This document shows positions 50,301 through 64,000 of a DNA stretch of 64,000 nucleotides, in pieces. Position 1 is the first letter of the stretch. Each line of letters starts with the position of its first letter. This DNA comes from Tubiluchus corallicola. Lineage: Eukaryota; Animalia; Priapulida. A program made the position numbers and the translations under genes. The DNA lies in NCBI GenBank assembly GCA_030141605.1, contig JAQGDQ010000003.1:1426001-1490000 (forward strand), in the 5' to 3' direction. The notes beneath the pieces were generated by a model that ran no database searches, had not been told where the DNA came from, and saw only the letters and a list, made by a program, of their open reading frames with translations.

Positions 50301-51158
50301 CAATTTTCTTAGTTGTATATATATATATATATATATATATACCTCATTGAATGTAATAGTAGTTTTTACTAAAGTAGTATAATATCAGTAGCAAACTCAC
50401 AGCCTTTGCTGAAGTTATCTTGTATGTCTTTATTTTTATTCTTTTATTATTTTAAGTAATAGAATTTCAATAATGAATTCTAGGTCTTTGGTGAATTTAA
50501 TCTTTGTCTTTTTAGTGGCAATCCCAGAGTGCGCATTCCATGGGCTATTGCAGTCATCGCAATAATATTTATAGTCACAACAGCACTGGCTATGATAGAC
50601 TCCAGTGAATGTAGGTGTAAAATATTATCCATAATTAATTGTTAAAGATGCTCAGTATTTTTGTAGCTTGCAGTGCAAAGAGTATGAGAAAGTTGAAAAA
50701 TGTTGTAGTTATTAATGTTACCTCTATACACTGTCATACAAAATTTATTAGCAGGTAAACCTTCATTCATGAATTGCAAGAGTCAGTACACCAGTACCCC
50801 TTTGCAAAGTTTCTAGTGAATGTGTTTTCATTTTTTCTAGTCGAGTGAAAATGTTTACCAACAAGTTTTATTACCCTGCTCGGTATTGGGATAAGGTAAT
50901 ACAGTAAGCATCCCAATCTTACCTAACGATGCTAATGCATTCCAGCAAACTCTCAATATAAAATGAAACATTGGAAAATGAACTTATACCTGTTATAAGA
51001 AACAATGTTCGACCATTCTAATGAATTTCAGGGGCAAAGTCAGTAATGCTCATATAAATCAATCATTTTAAATTTACAGGTACAATGATTTTGTAGACAT
51101 GATTGTGGCATACAGAATTAAGCATTCTCCCATCCCCCTCCCCCTCCCCTCCCTCCCT

Positions 51159-51215
<57 letters not shown>

Positions 51216-51237
51216 CCCCGCCCCCTCCCCTCCCCCC

Positions 51238-51269
<32 letters not shown>

Positions 51270-54200
51270 CTCTCACTCTCTCTCTCTCTCTCCATTAACG
51301 GATCAGCAAGGCCTACCAGTGATTGTCTGCCAGTTCAGCAACTGTGCTAGTAACAGGCTTTTTTTATAAACTGTGACCAGAATGTAAACAATATTACAGT
51401 ACTTAGAAAGTCAGGCTAAGCTATTCTTGCTAACATAAAACATGTGACATTAAGTGATAAAAATGTCAAGAATGTAGCATTGCTAAACAGGATGTCCCTA
51501 GGCCATCAACAGGGGACTTAATTTAATAACAATGTATTTTTTCAAAAATACTGAGCAATCATATAAAAGTGAATAAAAATACAGAGTAATCATATAAGAG
51601 TAAATAGTATAGTGTCTCATTCTTACGTATGCAGTCTGTCTCTGCACATGCATAGCAAAAGTTGAAATTTAAAAAAACTTGATCGTTTTTATATATGAAT
51701 TGTCATTTATATGCCAAAATGAGATGAATACTTTAAAAGAAAAAATCATTAGAATTTAAGATTCCAATTTCGGATTTCTTATTTGAGTTACACAGTTTTA
51801 CAGTGTTTGGAAAAACTGTGTTGATTGAAAATTTGTTTTTTGAATGGTTTTCTTAGACCTAAAGGACATTTCTGATTTACCTATTTATTTTCATTCCAGG
51901 GCCTGGAATATTTTTTGGTATCACGATGGCAAGTGTGGTTATTATGAACAGTAAGGAAATTTTCTTTTAATTTCCAAGATAGTACATCCTAAATTTTTAT
52001 ATTTAAGAAGACAGTTTTTAATATTCCTGTTACATGCTTATTTGCTCAATTTAATTATGTTTGTATTACTATTACAGGTGCAACTGGTGTGTATCAAAAC
52101 AGTGTGTATGGCATGGCCGGTCCTCTTCCCATGAAATATACGGGTGCTGTAGTATTAGGAAACGTAAGTTGTTACTTACAAATGCATTGTATCTATGCTC
52201 ATAATTAGTAAAAAGTGTTTTGTGTGGCTTATTAATTTCACTAATTGTGCAGATCAAATTTTTGGACATCGTGTAATTGCCTTTTACTCAGCTGTGTGTT
52301 TAAAAATAATTTTGCAACATTATTGAAAGTTTTGTGCTATTAAAACTTGGTGTAAAGTAAAAAGTCTTGTATAACAGTAGACCAATGCAGTTAGGTTTAA
52401 AATAACATCACTGAACTGTAATTTAGTTTGTGATGCAGCTATGGTACTGACAGAGTTCAGTTGTCTCAACTTATTTCTATAGAATGTGAGTGGTACATTG
52501 ACGTCTATCATCAACATATTAGCCATTGCTTTGGCTCCGGATCCCCAATCTTCTGCCATCTGGTACTTCATCGCTGCTCTTGTTATACTTCTCATCTGTT
52601 TCGACACATACTTTGCTTTACCACTATTAGTAAGTTTTTTCTCTTTAATAGCCAAATTTGGTATACCTTCATTACTATGCAGTCACTTTGGACTTTTCTT
52701 TAGTACAGTGCCAATTCTGTTTTATTAATTTAAAAGTTTTGTGACAGATATTATATTAAAAATTAAACAAGTTGATCTTTTTAGTATTTACTGTTCAGTC
52801 AAATATCTAGTCATTCATATGCTTTTCTTCAGATTAATAAAATTGTCTGTTGCTAATTTACATGTGTTGTTTTAGCGCTTTTTCAGATTCTGGGAAAAGC
52901 AAGCTCAGATTGGCAAGGATGGAAGTAAATCTTCAGGTCTTCCTCCATATTGGCAGATCTTCAAAAAAGTAAGAAATGTCGGTTTTACAACATAGTGTCA
53001 GGTAATTTAACCGTCACCTTGAGCAACCAAAAGGAGCTGGTTTCGTAATTTAACCCTCACTTTTGTTGAATAAGAGGAGCTGGTTTATTTGCTGTTAACT
53101 TTATCCATGGCATTGTCTATTTGGGCTTTCAGTAGCTTAACATTGCTTTTTATACACACTCTGGTTTTCTAAAATTATTTTGTTTTTTAGGTTTGGGTGC
53201 AATGCTTTAACATCTTCTTCATATTTTTTGTCACATTGACTGTTTTCCCTGCCATGCAAGTGAAAGTAGCAAAGCTGGATGATGATTTCTTTATAAATGG
53301 TACATATTATAAATCATGGTTTGTCAAGATTAGTTATGTAAATTGACTGACTTTAAAAAATCTAATTTGTATGGTAATGTAAGTTTTGTTTTTGGAACAA
53401 TTTTTAGCAATTTTTGAGCTTGGTCAATAGCGAATTAGTGAAGGAAGCACTGAAATTTTTTGCTAAGGTCTACGACCAAATGGTGAATTTAAACATTGTT
53501 TTATTTACAGATACTTACTTTCAACCGATCATATGCTTTCTTTTCTTCAATGCATTTGCGATGATTGGAAATGCAATTGCCTCCCTAGTGAAGTTTGTAA
53601 GTATGTTTTTCTCGTTCCATGCCCATGAAAAGTAGACTAAGTATTTAGACATATCAGTAATTAGCCTAACACGGAAATTTACGATAGCCGTCTCATTTTT
53701 ATCAGCAAGGGTAATATTGAAGTAGTTACGGTGTATGTTTAGCAACTGAATTTAACCCTTTCACTACGGAAGGCGGCACACTCCCGCTTATGTTTTTCAT
53801 ACTAGGGACGGAAAGCGGTAGACAGCCGCCCAAACTCAGCACTAAGCTCATTCACCCAGGTCTGTTTATTTCACTGCTACGGCTCGTATGCGTGTGCATG
53901 TGTTGAAATAAAACTAATATTTAATATTAGTCCTTAATAACGAACAACTATTTGTTTATTTACAAGATTTTGCATTGGTAATACACCATAAGAAGTTATT
54001 GTCAAATGTGCAAAAATCGATGTGGTCCAGTTAAAAAACAACTACGTAGTGAAAGGGTTAAGCAAGATTCATATTTAGTAAGAAAAACTATTTCTGGGAG
54101 CTGTCATCTACTGTATCTGTCCCCAGGTATTTACCCCTCAAGCCGTATATACATCTGAGCTTGGCTAAGACATCTACGCCAGCCAAGTGTCTCCTATTAG

Positions 54201-55449
54201 AAGAGACCATCTTTGATAGTGAGGGAGTTTCCAGTCCTACCACAAACATCTACACTGAATAAACTCTGCCAAAGATTGTTACTACGTAATCCCTGCTTGC
54301 AGACCTTCAAACTGTATAAAAAAAGTGCTGCTGAATGATTTCTGAAATTAATAAAATACTGTATTTTTAGTCTTTTTTTAATACATCTTGTTTTTGTGAG
54401 GCTTTTGAATTATTGTAAAGCTGTCTGAAAATTACTAAAATATTGTATTTATTGCAGATGGGTCCTAAGTACCTCTGGATACCCTGTATTTTGCGAGGTT
54501 TGTTCATTCCGGCAGTAATGTTCTGTAACTACTTCCCGGATATTAGAGGATCTCTCCCTGTACTCATCCCTAATGACTACGCCTATGCTGCAATATCTTT
54601 CCTGCATGGAATAACAAGTGGTTACTTCAGCAGTTTGGTGATGATGTACACACCTGGGTATGTTCATTTTCGTTGCATACCAGTCACTATTGATCTTCGT
54701 AATTTATACTGTATAATATTTTACCACATTTAAAAATAGCAATCTGCGACCATTTTGATCATAAAGAATAAGTTATTGGATACAAATTTGGTCAGCGGCA
54801 TTGTTAGCTGTGGCTTTAATTAGCAATAGGCAAGCCACTTGTAATCTGATCAACAGTGGTTTTATTTGTTTGACTGGATTGTTTCATTTAAGTCTTGGGC
54901 AGTGTTCTTGTGTTTTTACAGAAGTAATTAAGCACATGTAGAAAAAACTGGTGTACCTCATGCCCTTTTTCGGTATTATATAACTTCTAAGTATTGTACC
55001 CTTTCATTACAAATAAACAGATTTTGCACAAAGTATTGTACCACATTCTGGTTTTATAGCTGCGTGTGTCTGTCTTTTATTTTATTTTAGAATTTTAAAA
55101 TAGATATAGTAGGCTCTTCATGAATACCAACTTGTCCCAAACAAATTAGCTATAAGAATTTAATTTTTTATTGAATTTTAAATAACATTGTGTTTCTGCC
55201 AAACGTGTAGATTCTAAAAAACGAATGATACATAATTCATGTACATCTGTCAATCTATTATTTATCTAATTAATTCATTTGTTGAGGATGCAAGCTTGTT
55301 TCTTTATCAACATTTGTTTTAGGTTGGTTGAACCGCAATATGCTGGAGTTGCAGGTATGATGGCCGCTTTCTTTCTTGTTCTTGGAATCTTTGCTGGAGT
55401 TAATTTCTCACTAGTAATGGCTAAACTTGTAGAGGCGATTGGTAAATAA
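47340..55449 (+). CDS. SLC29A1: Equilibrative nucleoside transporter (SLC29, ENT1/2/3-like), 13 coding exons, 493 aa
   Basis: Exons 47340-47460, 48644-48791, 49080-49161, 49464-49600, 50516-50610, 51900-51950, 52078-52163, 52483-52629, 52876-52968, 53191-53299, 53511-53596, 54458-54657, 55323-55449; phases are consistent. Motifs: PRDRFYIVY, HGIGVLMPWNMFITA, YQNSVYGMAG, FVTLTVFPA, GITSGYFSSL, AGMMAAFFLVLGIFAG. The first coding exon is the least certain, and the symbol is family-level. Confidence 0.93.
51133..51293. repeat. Polypyrimidine (CT)n/(CCCT)n/(CTAT)n low-complexity tract
   Basis: Directly visible in an SLC29 intron. Confidence 0.95.
53756..54057. mobile_element. piggyBac-type MITE
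   Basis: TTAA|CCCTTTCACTACG at the left end and CGTAGTGAAAGGG|TTAA at the right end: a perfect 13-bp TIR with TTAA TSD. Confidence 0.9.
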
Positions 55450-58399
55450 GTAATAACATGATTCTTGCCATTTTGCTCTCATATAAAGAAGCAACTAAGA
55501 CATGCTTACTAGCAATAGGTTACGGATGTGTACCAGTAGTTGCCTTGTGAGTCCCTTATAAAAGTTTATTGTTTACCATAAAGTAGCATGAAACTTTTAC
55601 AAGATTCAAGAGAAAACTGTTTGAACCCTAAGTTTAATTTTGAGTAAAGTCGAGCCTACTTTTTACTCTTGTTGAATTTATTTATCCGCGTTGTTTTGAC
55701 GATATACATGATATAATTATGTCATGAATGTTTTGAACAAACTTTTAGTTCTTTTAAGTTGGAGGTTTTTTAGTTTCAAGTTTGGAGCAAATTTGCTAAT
55801 TTTTTCATTGCAGTTTGCATGTACATCAAGGCTTTTTTACATTGTTTTGTTGACGCACGATGCATTTGCGTAACGCATGTCTTTTTTGTTGATTTCATTG
55901 AAATAATGTAATTTTTGTATACAATCATCAGAGCTAACCAAAGTATCTCATTGTATGTAAGTAATAATTATTATTTATGAAAGTGTTGAGATAATTTTTG
56001 GGGTTGACTCATTGTGCTCAGTCAAGCTCAAATTTTGGACCACCGTGTGTAGTATAAAGTATTTGTTGTGAGCTACACATATAGGCTGTGAAAGTATTTA
56101 TAATTGTGTAAGATGATAAGTTCTTTTTTATTTTAACTTATTATTTTGTGTAAAATTGTATATATCATATACAATACATGCACTTAGTGTAATTTTCATT
56201 TATGTATTTGACAAACTCTGTTTTTGATAGCAAGTTAAGGAACTATCGTAGCTAGCAATGGCTCAAAAAATTCATTGATATAGAAAATTTAAAATTAGCA
56301 CTGCTTGTGGCACTGATCTTGATTGGTGTTCTAAACTACACTATGTGTTCAGTTATGCTAAGTAAATTCAGATGTTCAAAATAAGACTTAGCATTATAAA
56401 TGCTTACAGCTGCATAAACATTAAATTTTATGGCTGACTCTGGCATAAAAAGCATAGGAAGTTGCAGCTATTATATCTTGTTTTTCTGGCAATCAGGTAA
56501 GTGATCTCACTCTTCAGTTTTCTAAATTTGCATCTTGGATAATTATAGCTTCTGTGGTTTTGCAATTAGTGAAGTTTTTGTTATATCTGTGCATGTGGGA
56601 ACTTTTATATCATTAAGTTTGAAAGCATCTCGCAACAGTTTTTTGTAGCCTTCTGAATCGAGAGGAAGTTTTGGTATCTGTAGATGTTTTTGCTTATTAC
56701 GCCTGGTAGAGTTGTACTAATTGCTTCGTTCATACTAATGATTAAATTAACTCTACGCATAGTCACAAATCTTGTAAAAGGTATCAGCTGATCTCAATGT
56801 TGTATTGTAAGACCTTCAAAATTTGCTTTTTGTGTTAGAAATCATGTGGTTCGTAACATAATTTTTGTTAAGATGGTTAAGTTTTAAGAAAAATCAGATT
56901 TTTGGATTATCTGGCCAAACAGTGGAGATTTTGTCAATTTGCTTTTCTGCTTAAAAGCATAAATGTTGAAAATCGACCATTTTCTTTAATCAGAGAATTA
57001 CATCTGGTTGTTTCTTGCATTCACTGGTTGCAATTTTTTATTGTTAAACCAATAAAATTTGTACAATGGATTGTATTAATTCAGCAAGGCAGATTGTTTG
57101 TAAAGCAGGGTGCTTCAGTATGCTCAGATTTTTCTGCACCTAAGAATCTCACAATATACACGCGTCTACTGTATTTTGCTTGTCTTTGCAATTTGTTAGA
57201 ATAGTGTAGGTTACAAACATTGAAAATTTTATGTACGAGATAGAAATGCCTAGATAATCTCAAAATAAATTCCAGCAAACGTGTAAAATGCAAAGAGTTA
57301 TGTCTGTAAAAAGTGTTCCTATTGTACATAATAATTAATGCATAGGAATTAATACATGTAATGCTTTTGTTGTTGTTGTTGTTGTTGTATAGCGATTCTA
57401 GTTAGATACGGTTCTTTAACTAGCCACATATCATTGCAAAGCAGCTAAGGTAATCATGTGAATTGCAAATTTATACTCTAATTTTCGTCTGCTTGCTACT
57501 GCCATCTGCTGTGCTTTGCTGCAGATCTATAAACAAAAATTCTCTGCTGACGATGTCGTGTTACTATATTCTTCAGAGATTGCTCATAATTATATTAAAG
57601 AAACATCATGGCACTAAAATATATGGAATTATTCTGGATGTATTATTTGCTCATTTCTTCTACATTTTCTTTGTATGACTGTTTTGAGCTTCAGCGTATT
57701 TCGGTTATTAGCTGTTGTTAAAAATAAATTGAAGTTGATTTGTTAGCTGTTATTACCGCATTAGCCTTTGTTTGCTTTTATTGACAGTGTAATGGGGCAA
57801 TCTAGATGGGGTGTCACTCTTTCTAGATACTAGTCAAACCAGACTTGTGAAATAATTATTTTCTCACACATTTTCATATTTTCAGCTTATGCTGTTAATT
57901 ATACTTTTACTAAATTGTGTCATTTCTGAACTTAAATCTAAATTGAGTGATGACAGCTCTTCTGTATGACATATATTTTTCTCATTTTTTCTTGCCAATG
58001 GTGCCCATCTCATTTACTCCTATTCAAGAATGTGTTTTCATTTCCGAGTTGCATAAATCTATTGCCTATTGATTGATGATCTATGCTATAAGTATTTAGA
58101 AAATTACAAAATGGTAAAAATTTAAAAAAAATTATCGCATTCTCACCACCAGAGCAGGAGCCATCATGTTTTATGGCAGAGAAGCATTCTCAGACTTCAA
58201 GCATTATTTGTTGTTCATACAATTTTATGGTTATCGTTGCAATTCGGCTTTTTATCAGTTGCTGTGATTGCTAACTCTGTTTTCTGCCCCCATCCAACAG
58301 TGGTTTTTCACAATAGGCAAGTGTTATCACAGTGTGCTTAGCCACAGAATTTAAGCAACGCTAAACCTGCTCGGTAAATGAAAACTATGCTGCCCTGTG

Positions 58400-60420
58400 C
58401 TATTTACCTCATTGAGAAGTCATATAAGAAAACCGAATGTGGCAAAGACACCTGTTGGTTCAGTATTTCATTTTAGAGTATTATTCCCGATAATTAACTA
58501 GGTTCCAGTCGCACTACTGCTATCTACGTTATATAGACCTGCATTAATTCAGGTTTGCAGAATGTGGAATTGTATGATAAATTAATTTTTGAGTTATTAG
58601 GAGCCTTATAAAAATTTAAAAATCTCCAAGTGCTTTTCGGGCTTCCTACTTTTGAACCGTACTGTCCAAACAAACAACTGCTATGCGCAACAGTTTATTG
58701 AATGTATGTCGTACAATGACGTAGCAGCTCTCATTATTTAATGTGATAGGCACTGGCAAATTGTCATGTTACTGTCAACGTCTCAGCACGGTCAAGACCA
58801 CGGCTGTACCAGTTGCGTTAGCGTTAATATTGCAAAGGAATTGCAACCGTTGATCAATAAAAAAGGGCAAAAAACGCTACGCTAGTTGAGATTTATAACC
58901 CCAATTATACGAAACTTTAACTTTGTTAAAATTCGCGTTAGTCAATTTATTTCATTTCACTGCCCAAGACAATTAACGCTGTGAAACGTATAAAACCTGG
59001 TAAATCTGATGGAAGGGCTCGTTTTACTTTTACATTTGAGCGTATACAAGGTACACATTTATTGTCCACTCACTTACGTGTGTTTGTGAATTGTATAATT
59101 GTCCACGCATATTCGCCTGAACATCTCGCTGTATTACATGAAACCAATTCCAAAGGATACTCGTGGTAACTTGTCAGAGAAAGACAACTATAGGGGCATA
59201 TCCTTGCATGTCTTCTTTTATTGGAAAGCTACTAGATTGACTAATTCTTTGTAAATATGAAAATGCATTGTGTAATTCCGATGTACAATTTGGCTTTAAA
59301 TCAAATATATCCACTACCATGTGTACCATTATATTAAAGAAAACCGCTAAATATTACGTGCAAAATAGCTTTATAGTTAAACTGCGGGATTCTAAAATTG
59401 GATGTATAGTGGGTAACATGTAGTGTGGCAGTGCCGCATATACTGACGGTTTAAGTCTGTTAGCTCCGTATATACGGGCTTTCCAGGCCATGTTAAAAAT
59501 TTGTGAAGAATATGTCAGAAATAAGTCGTCACAAAGTAAAAAGCAAATGTATAATTTTCTATTTTCATAAGAATGTCCAAACTACTTACATCCCACAGTA
59601 AAACTCGATAACACACCGACGAAGTGCACCTTGGTACCATCTGACATTTAATTAGTCGGATAACGCTGAAATTCTATGTAAACGTGGAGATTTCATTTGA
59701 TGTGCAGACAATGTTATATGTGACTTCTCGTTTCTTAATAGTTGTATTAAGACGGAAACATTTCAATTGTACTGTCGTAGCTGTTATGGCTCGCAAATGT
59801 GGAAGCTTGATAACACTTATTAATAACCTTGATACCTCCTGGAACATAGGGGTGCGTAAATTTCGGCATTTACCATACCAAATTCATTGGTTTTTGTTAC
59901 CTCATTTATCGGGTGTGCTTCGTCCGAGTACCCAGTTTCAAATCAAATTTGTAAAGTTATTTATGTCATGTACAGTATTAACAGCAGTAATACGCTTGTG
60001 AACTTTTTTACGAGAAATGCAGGATACTCTGTGCTGTCAACATTGGGTTACAATCTGCAATTAATTAAATGTAAATTAATGATAACTACGACAAATGTGA
60101 TTATTTAAAAACTACAAGATTCATATGTAAGAAAGCTAGAGAGCTTACACGTGCTCAAAGCCTCACTCTTTCATTTGTAAAAGATGTTTCAAATGACTTA
60201 AGCAGTAGAAACTTTTCCTTTTTAGACATTCTGAAATTTAATGATATTTTGCAATATTTATGTTGCGAATAATTTGTGATTTTGTAACGTAAAATCAAAT
60301 TCAATATCGCATATGTATGTTACTTAATGGCACATTTTGTTTATGCAAAGGCATGAGTTAACTACTAAACGACATTTTATTTATTTGTTTATCTATTTAA
60401 TTGCGTAATTAACCCAATAA
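58400..60420 (+). mobile_element. Decayed LINE (RTE-X-like) with internal deletion
   Basis: KPGKSDG, PIPKDTRGNLSEKDNYRGISL and QFGFKSNISTTMCT, then a jump near 59370 to IGCIVGN..AAYTDGLSLLAP (YADD-like). Multiple frameshifts; boundaries are approximate. Confidence 0.75.
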
Positions 60421-61589
60421 ATGTATTACATTTACAACAATTCGAAATAAATCGTATATATTATTATACGGGGATAAATTGCGACAAATAGTCGTCACTC
60501 GTCAGAAAATTTAATAAAATTAAATTACTAAGAGGAAGATACAAGTAACTTCATGTTAATAAGATTTAGCGTTCATTTCAGTTAACAAAGTTCACACTGA
60601 AAATATTGAAAGTGCAATATTTTACATGACCGGCGTTTTAATTTGCTTCACAACTTAACAGGAAGCCGTTTATGACAATGTTTTACATTTTCTAAATTTT
60701 AACCGATAAACCATTTATTTTTTGAGACGTTGATTGCCACAGAATAAGAATAGCTTTCAACTATTGATTACGTACTGTCTTGCACTAACATACATCTTTG
60801 TTTATCTCAAAATTCATTTAAGGCCCATTAAAAATAAATCCTTGTTTGTTTTTCCTCAACAACATAATTATATAAGTGAAAAAATCTGAACGCGACAAAA
60901 TCATTTTCGGTACAAATCTCATTAAAACATGATGATGCCAGCAAGTTTGACCCTTCGGTACCTCAGTACCTGTACGTACATTTCACTTTCTCTGAGTAGA
61001 GTAACTGTTCTACCTGAGTCATGCACCTCCTCTAACAGCTATCACTACTAGGTCGATGGCTCCAGTTGCACCCCATGCATGGATGACCACACCTGTGGCG
61101 CTTCCGAACTCAGTAAAAATTCACCAACATTACAAATTTCAAATTTGCCGGTCTACAAGAGTTGTGCTTTGAAACAAACAAGACTGTAGTAAATTATCTA
61201 AACGCAGACGATTCATACTCGTATGTTCTTAAAAGTTGCTTTTTGGGGGGAGTTAATTGAAAGAAATTAAGGTGAGGGTTGTTCTGTGCGGATCCACCGA
61301 TTCACTTGTGCGGTTTAGCTAATAACGCAACAATGAGGAAAACGAGTTGTTAGACTACCGTTCGTTGAACTATATACGGCTGATCTTCTCTTTCTAGAAC
61401 TATCTACCTACGAAACCCGCTGATCTGTCTTGTTTGTACGTTCCGTCTCTTCCTTGTCGGTTCTATGTCAAAGCGTTATGGAGAGTGCGAGACATAGCAG
61501 AAAGTAGCGAAATTTAATTGAGGGGTTAAAAACGCGTTGTGATGTGATGTGCAATAAAAATAATTAGTGACGCCCGGCAGCGCGCCAAC

Positions 61590-61664
61590 ATGCTAATAGA
61601 TGACACACGTAAACAATCAGCATGGATTTATTTACTCGCTTTACCTTTGATTATAATTGCTCAG
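61590..61664 (+). CDS. Probable first coding exon of a downstream gene (signal-peptide-like)
   Basis: GCCAAC-ATG context at the end of a CpG-rich stretch; MLIDDTRKQSAWIYLLALPLIIIAQ followed by a strong donor CAG|GTAAGA (phase 0). No downstream exon was recognised in the window. Confidence 0.5.
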
Positions 61665-63733
61665 GTAAGAATGTGATAATTAATATGAACGAAATTAATA
61701 TTTAACATCGCATTGTATTTATAGCGTTGACATTAAGACGCCTAATGATAAAAAGACGACTAAACTGAAATTGCGCTGACTGTGTGGGTAATTTTGCTTA
61801 AGTAAAATTTACACAAATGAAATTTTCGAATGATTAGTAATTAATGTAAATAATTTTGCTACGATTAATCACTCTAACGAGTTCACATTTCAAAACAATT
61901 GTTCATTATTGGAAAATATAGTGTAGTAGCCCACGTTTGGCTTTGTAATTACGAGCAACTCTAATTATACATTATGTCCATAATAACAACGCTATTGTAC
62001 ATTGTAAAATAACGCAAGACATTAATATGCATTATGATGCATTATAATTGGGAAACCTATGGTACAAGTGAAAAGTACATTGCTCTCTATTTGTTCAAAA
62101 TGCGTGACATTTTAGCTCATATTATAGGTTCGTATTGTGCAATTGGACATTTTTACATTATTTATAACATTTTTGTTGTTGTTAGGACACAAACATCCTC
62201 TTCAACGTCATTTAGCAGCGTTTTGTTTTTATTTTTACAATTGGCACAACAGCTTTTCTTTGTACTACAAATTTATATCTACTCAGTGTAAGCTAAGCTA
62301 AGGTGGTAATGATGTAACTTAGTGCATTACTATATTTGCTTAACCCACTTTGCAAAAAATTATTTTTATTACCACGATCATTGCATTTTTGTGTAGTTTG
62401 TATAGCTTCGTATAGTTTGTGCAGGCTGGTATCCAGCACTCAATAGCAGTATTATATTGATAGCCGTGACAAGACAAATAAAATGTGAAGTAACTGGTTG
62501 CGTATTTTCTTATAAAACATAACCCTGATAGGAATAAGATGCTAAACCAGTTCACATTGTAATAATGGTCAAGCTATGCCACGCATGCATTAATGTTGGT
62601 TCTGCTCACTAACATCGAAAACTTAACCTTTTGGCCTTTGTGTTCTGATTGCTGCCATTCATTACCATCACATTGCTACACTCATTTACACCCTGACAAT
62701 TAGTTTAAGCGGAAGCAGTATACAACTTTCTGATCTCTATCCGAACGGTGATAATATGAGCACGCCTTTTTCGTGGCTTATCCATCTCGAATGGACGTAT
62801 AGTAGACTTCCTTCTAAATTGTTCGCGGTTCACAGTGAGTGAAGTTCTAATAAGTTGCAACTCGGATAACGTTGCAATAATAAATGCTCGAAAATGATCA
62901 TCTGCACACAAAATTAAAAATAATAGTTTTAACAAAAAAAAAGGCGAACGAAGTCTGGCCAATTTTTCCGGGCTATAATACAAAATTTTATACATCTGAC
63001 AACACAAGGTAATAATTAACTAATACGGTAATTATCCCCCCGACGACGGTAGTCGATGTGCGTGTAGGGGATTAATCGCGCAATGTTCTTGTGTGTTTAT
63101 CTGGGCAATAAAATCAAATGGACGAGCCATAATCTCAAAATTTAGAGTGATGCCCTTGTCTAGAGTGAGTCGTATAAAAAGTTTAATAATTAGCAATCTT
63201 TCGTAGATAGCTTTATAGACGTACTTTTTCAAATGTATTATAGGTTTTCCAATTACGCCGATTAAATAAGTGAAATTGTCCTATGTGTGCAGTTTTAATG
63301 AGTTAATTTCTTGTCATTTTATTCCTAGTCCGCATCGTAGTGCTCACCATATCCTCGCCGAAGGCATTCGAACAATAAAATCGAAACTGATGAAGCCACA
63401 ACCATTGACGTTGGTACAGGGACGGGCCTGCATGGGCTAGTCTTAGATAGCCCTTGGGTTCTTACCTGAAAAGACCAAAGTTAGATAATGTAAATTATGT
63501 CGCAAGCGCAGGTGTCGAAAGAATGTAAAAAACCAAAACAGTGACTTCATGTGAGGGCTCGATCGCGTCTGCACTTACAAGCGTTGCAATAAAAATTAAT
63601 CACAATATATTTTTGATTATATATAGGAATTCCATCAACCGGAAGTAGATCAACCATTGTTAGCATTTCAGTGTCCTAGCGGATGGACTGTGCACGAAAC
63701 GTCGTGCTATAAAGTTTATACTAATAAAAGTTC

Positions 63734-63763
63734 ATGGCGATCAGCATTACACCGCTGCAAAAG
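63734..63763 (+). CDS. Possible alternative short first coding exon (MAISITPLQK)
   Basis: ATGGCG start, strong donor AAG|GTGAGT (phase 0), and a CCGGAAGT (ETS-type) motif about 90 nt upstream. Confidence 0.3.
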
Positions 63764-64000
63764 GTGAGTTTGTTGAGTGTCATGTATGTACATGATACAG
63801 TAAATACCACATTCTAGGACAGATCAATTATGCATGACTATTTAGGGCCCCTAGACTAATGAAATTATAGGACGGAGCCACCCTCTGTAACTCGCCCACA
63901 CCACCCATCTTGAATATTTTCCTAGTGATATAATTTACATAGCTTGAAGTAAACTTATTACAAGTTCTTTAAATAGACTAGAATAGCTAATAGTTTGTTT

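Noticed and set aside
52999-53086. Short direct repeats (~43 bp x2; also 18881-18960 and 43603-43652) as CRISPR-like arrays
   Set aside because: Only two degenerate copies each with no spacers, in a eukaryotic context. They are ordinary local duplications.
54095-54310. Possible SINE-like fragment in an SLC29 intron
   Set aside because: Composition differs from the flanks, but I could not identify A/B boxes, a tail or a TSD.
10656-55449. Adenosine-signalling cluster (adenosine-receptor-like GPCRs next to a nucleoside transporter)
   Set aside because: The GPCRs lack the TM3-ECL2 disulfide, Trp6.48 and the TM7 His typical of adenosine receptors. Adjacency alone is not evidence.
62705-63232. 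Minus-strand ORFs of 100 and 66 aa
   Set aside because: No recognisable domain or coherent splice chain.

Overview
This is AT-rich, intron-dense animal genomic DNA, probably from an invertebrate; the taxon cannot be determined from the window. The + strand carries the 3' ~800 codons (20 exons, 4063-38633) of an NKCC-type cation-chloride cotransporter (SLC12), a complete 13-coding-exon equilibrative nucleoside transporter (SLC29, 47340-55449), and the probable first exon(s) of another gene near 61.6-63.8 kb. The main observation is five genes on the antisense strand inside SLC12 introns. They are a clan-3 cytochrome P450 (window edge, <1-567; nesting inferred), two intronless class A GPCR paralogues (10656-11675, 13754-14665) and two 7-coding-exon cytosolic-type sulfotransferase paralogues with an unusual N-terminal hydrophobic anchor (24205-27535, 29026-34855). 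Three of the four paired genes carry a single lesion. One GPCR has an in-frame TAG in ICL3. One SULT has a 7-nt deletion that a cryptic donor could repair. The other SULT has a 151-bp duplication creating two alternative last exons. Introns also hold LINE fragments, hAT-, pogo- and piggyBac-type MITEs, two head-to-tail Helitron-like elements splitting a LINE RT, and an inverted pair of tRNA-derived sequences. All exon boundaries were read by hand and the phases are consistent, but there is no expression evidence and no database search was run.
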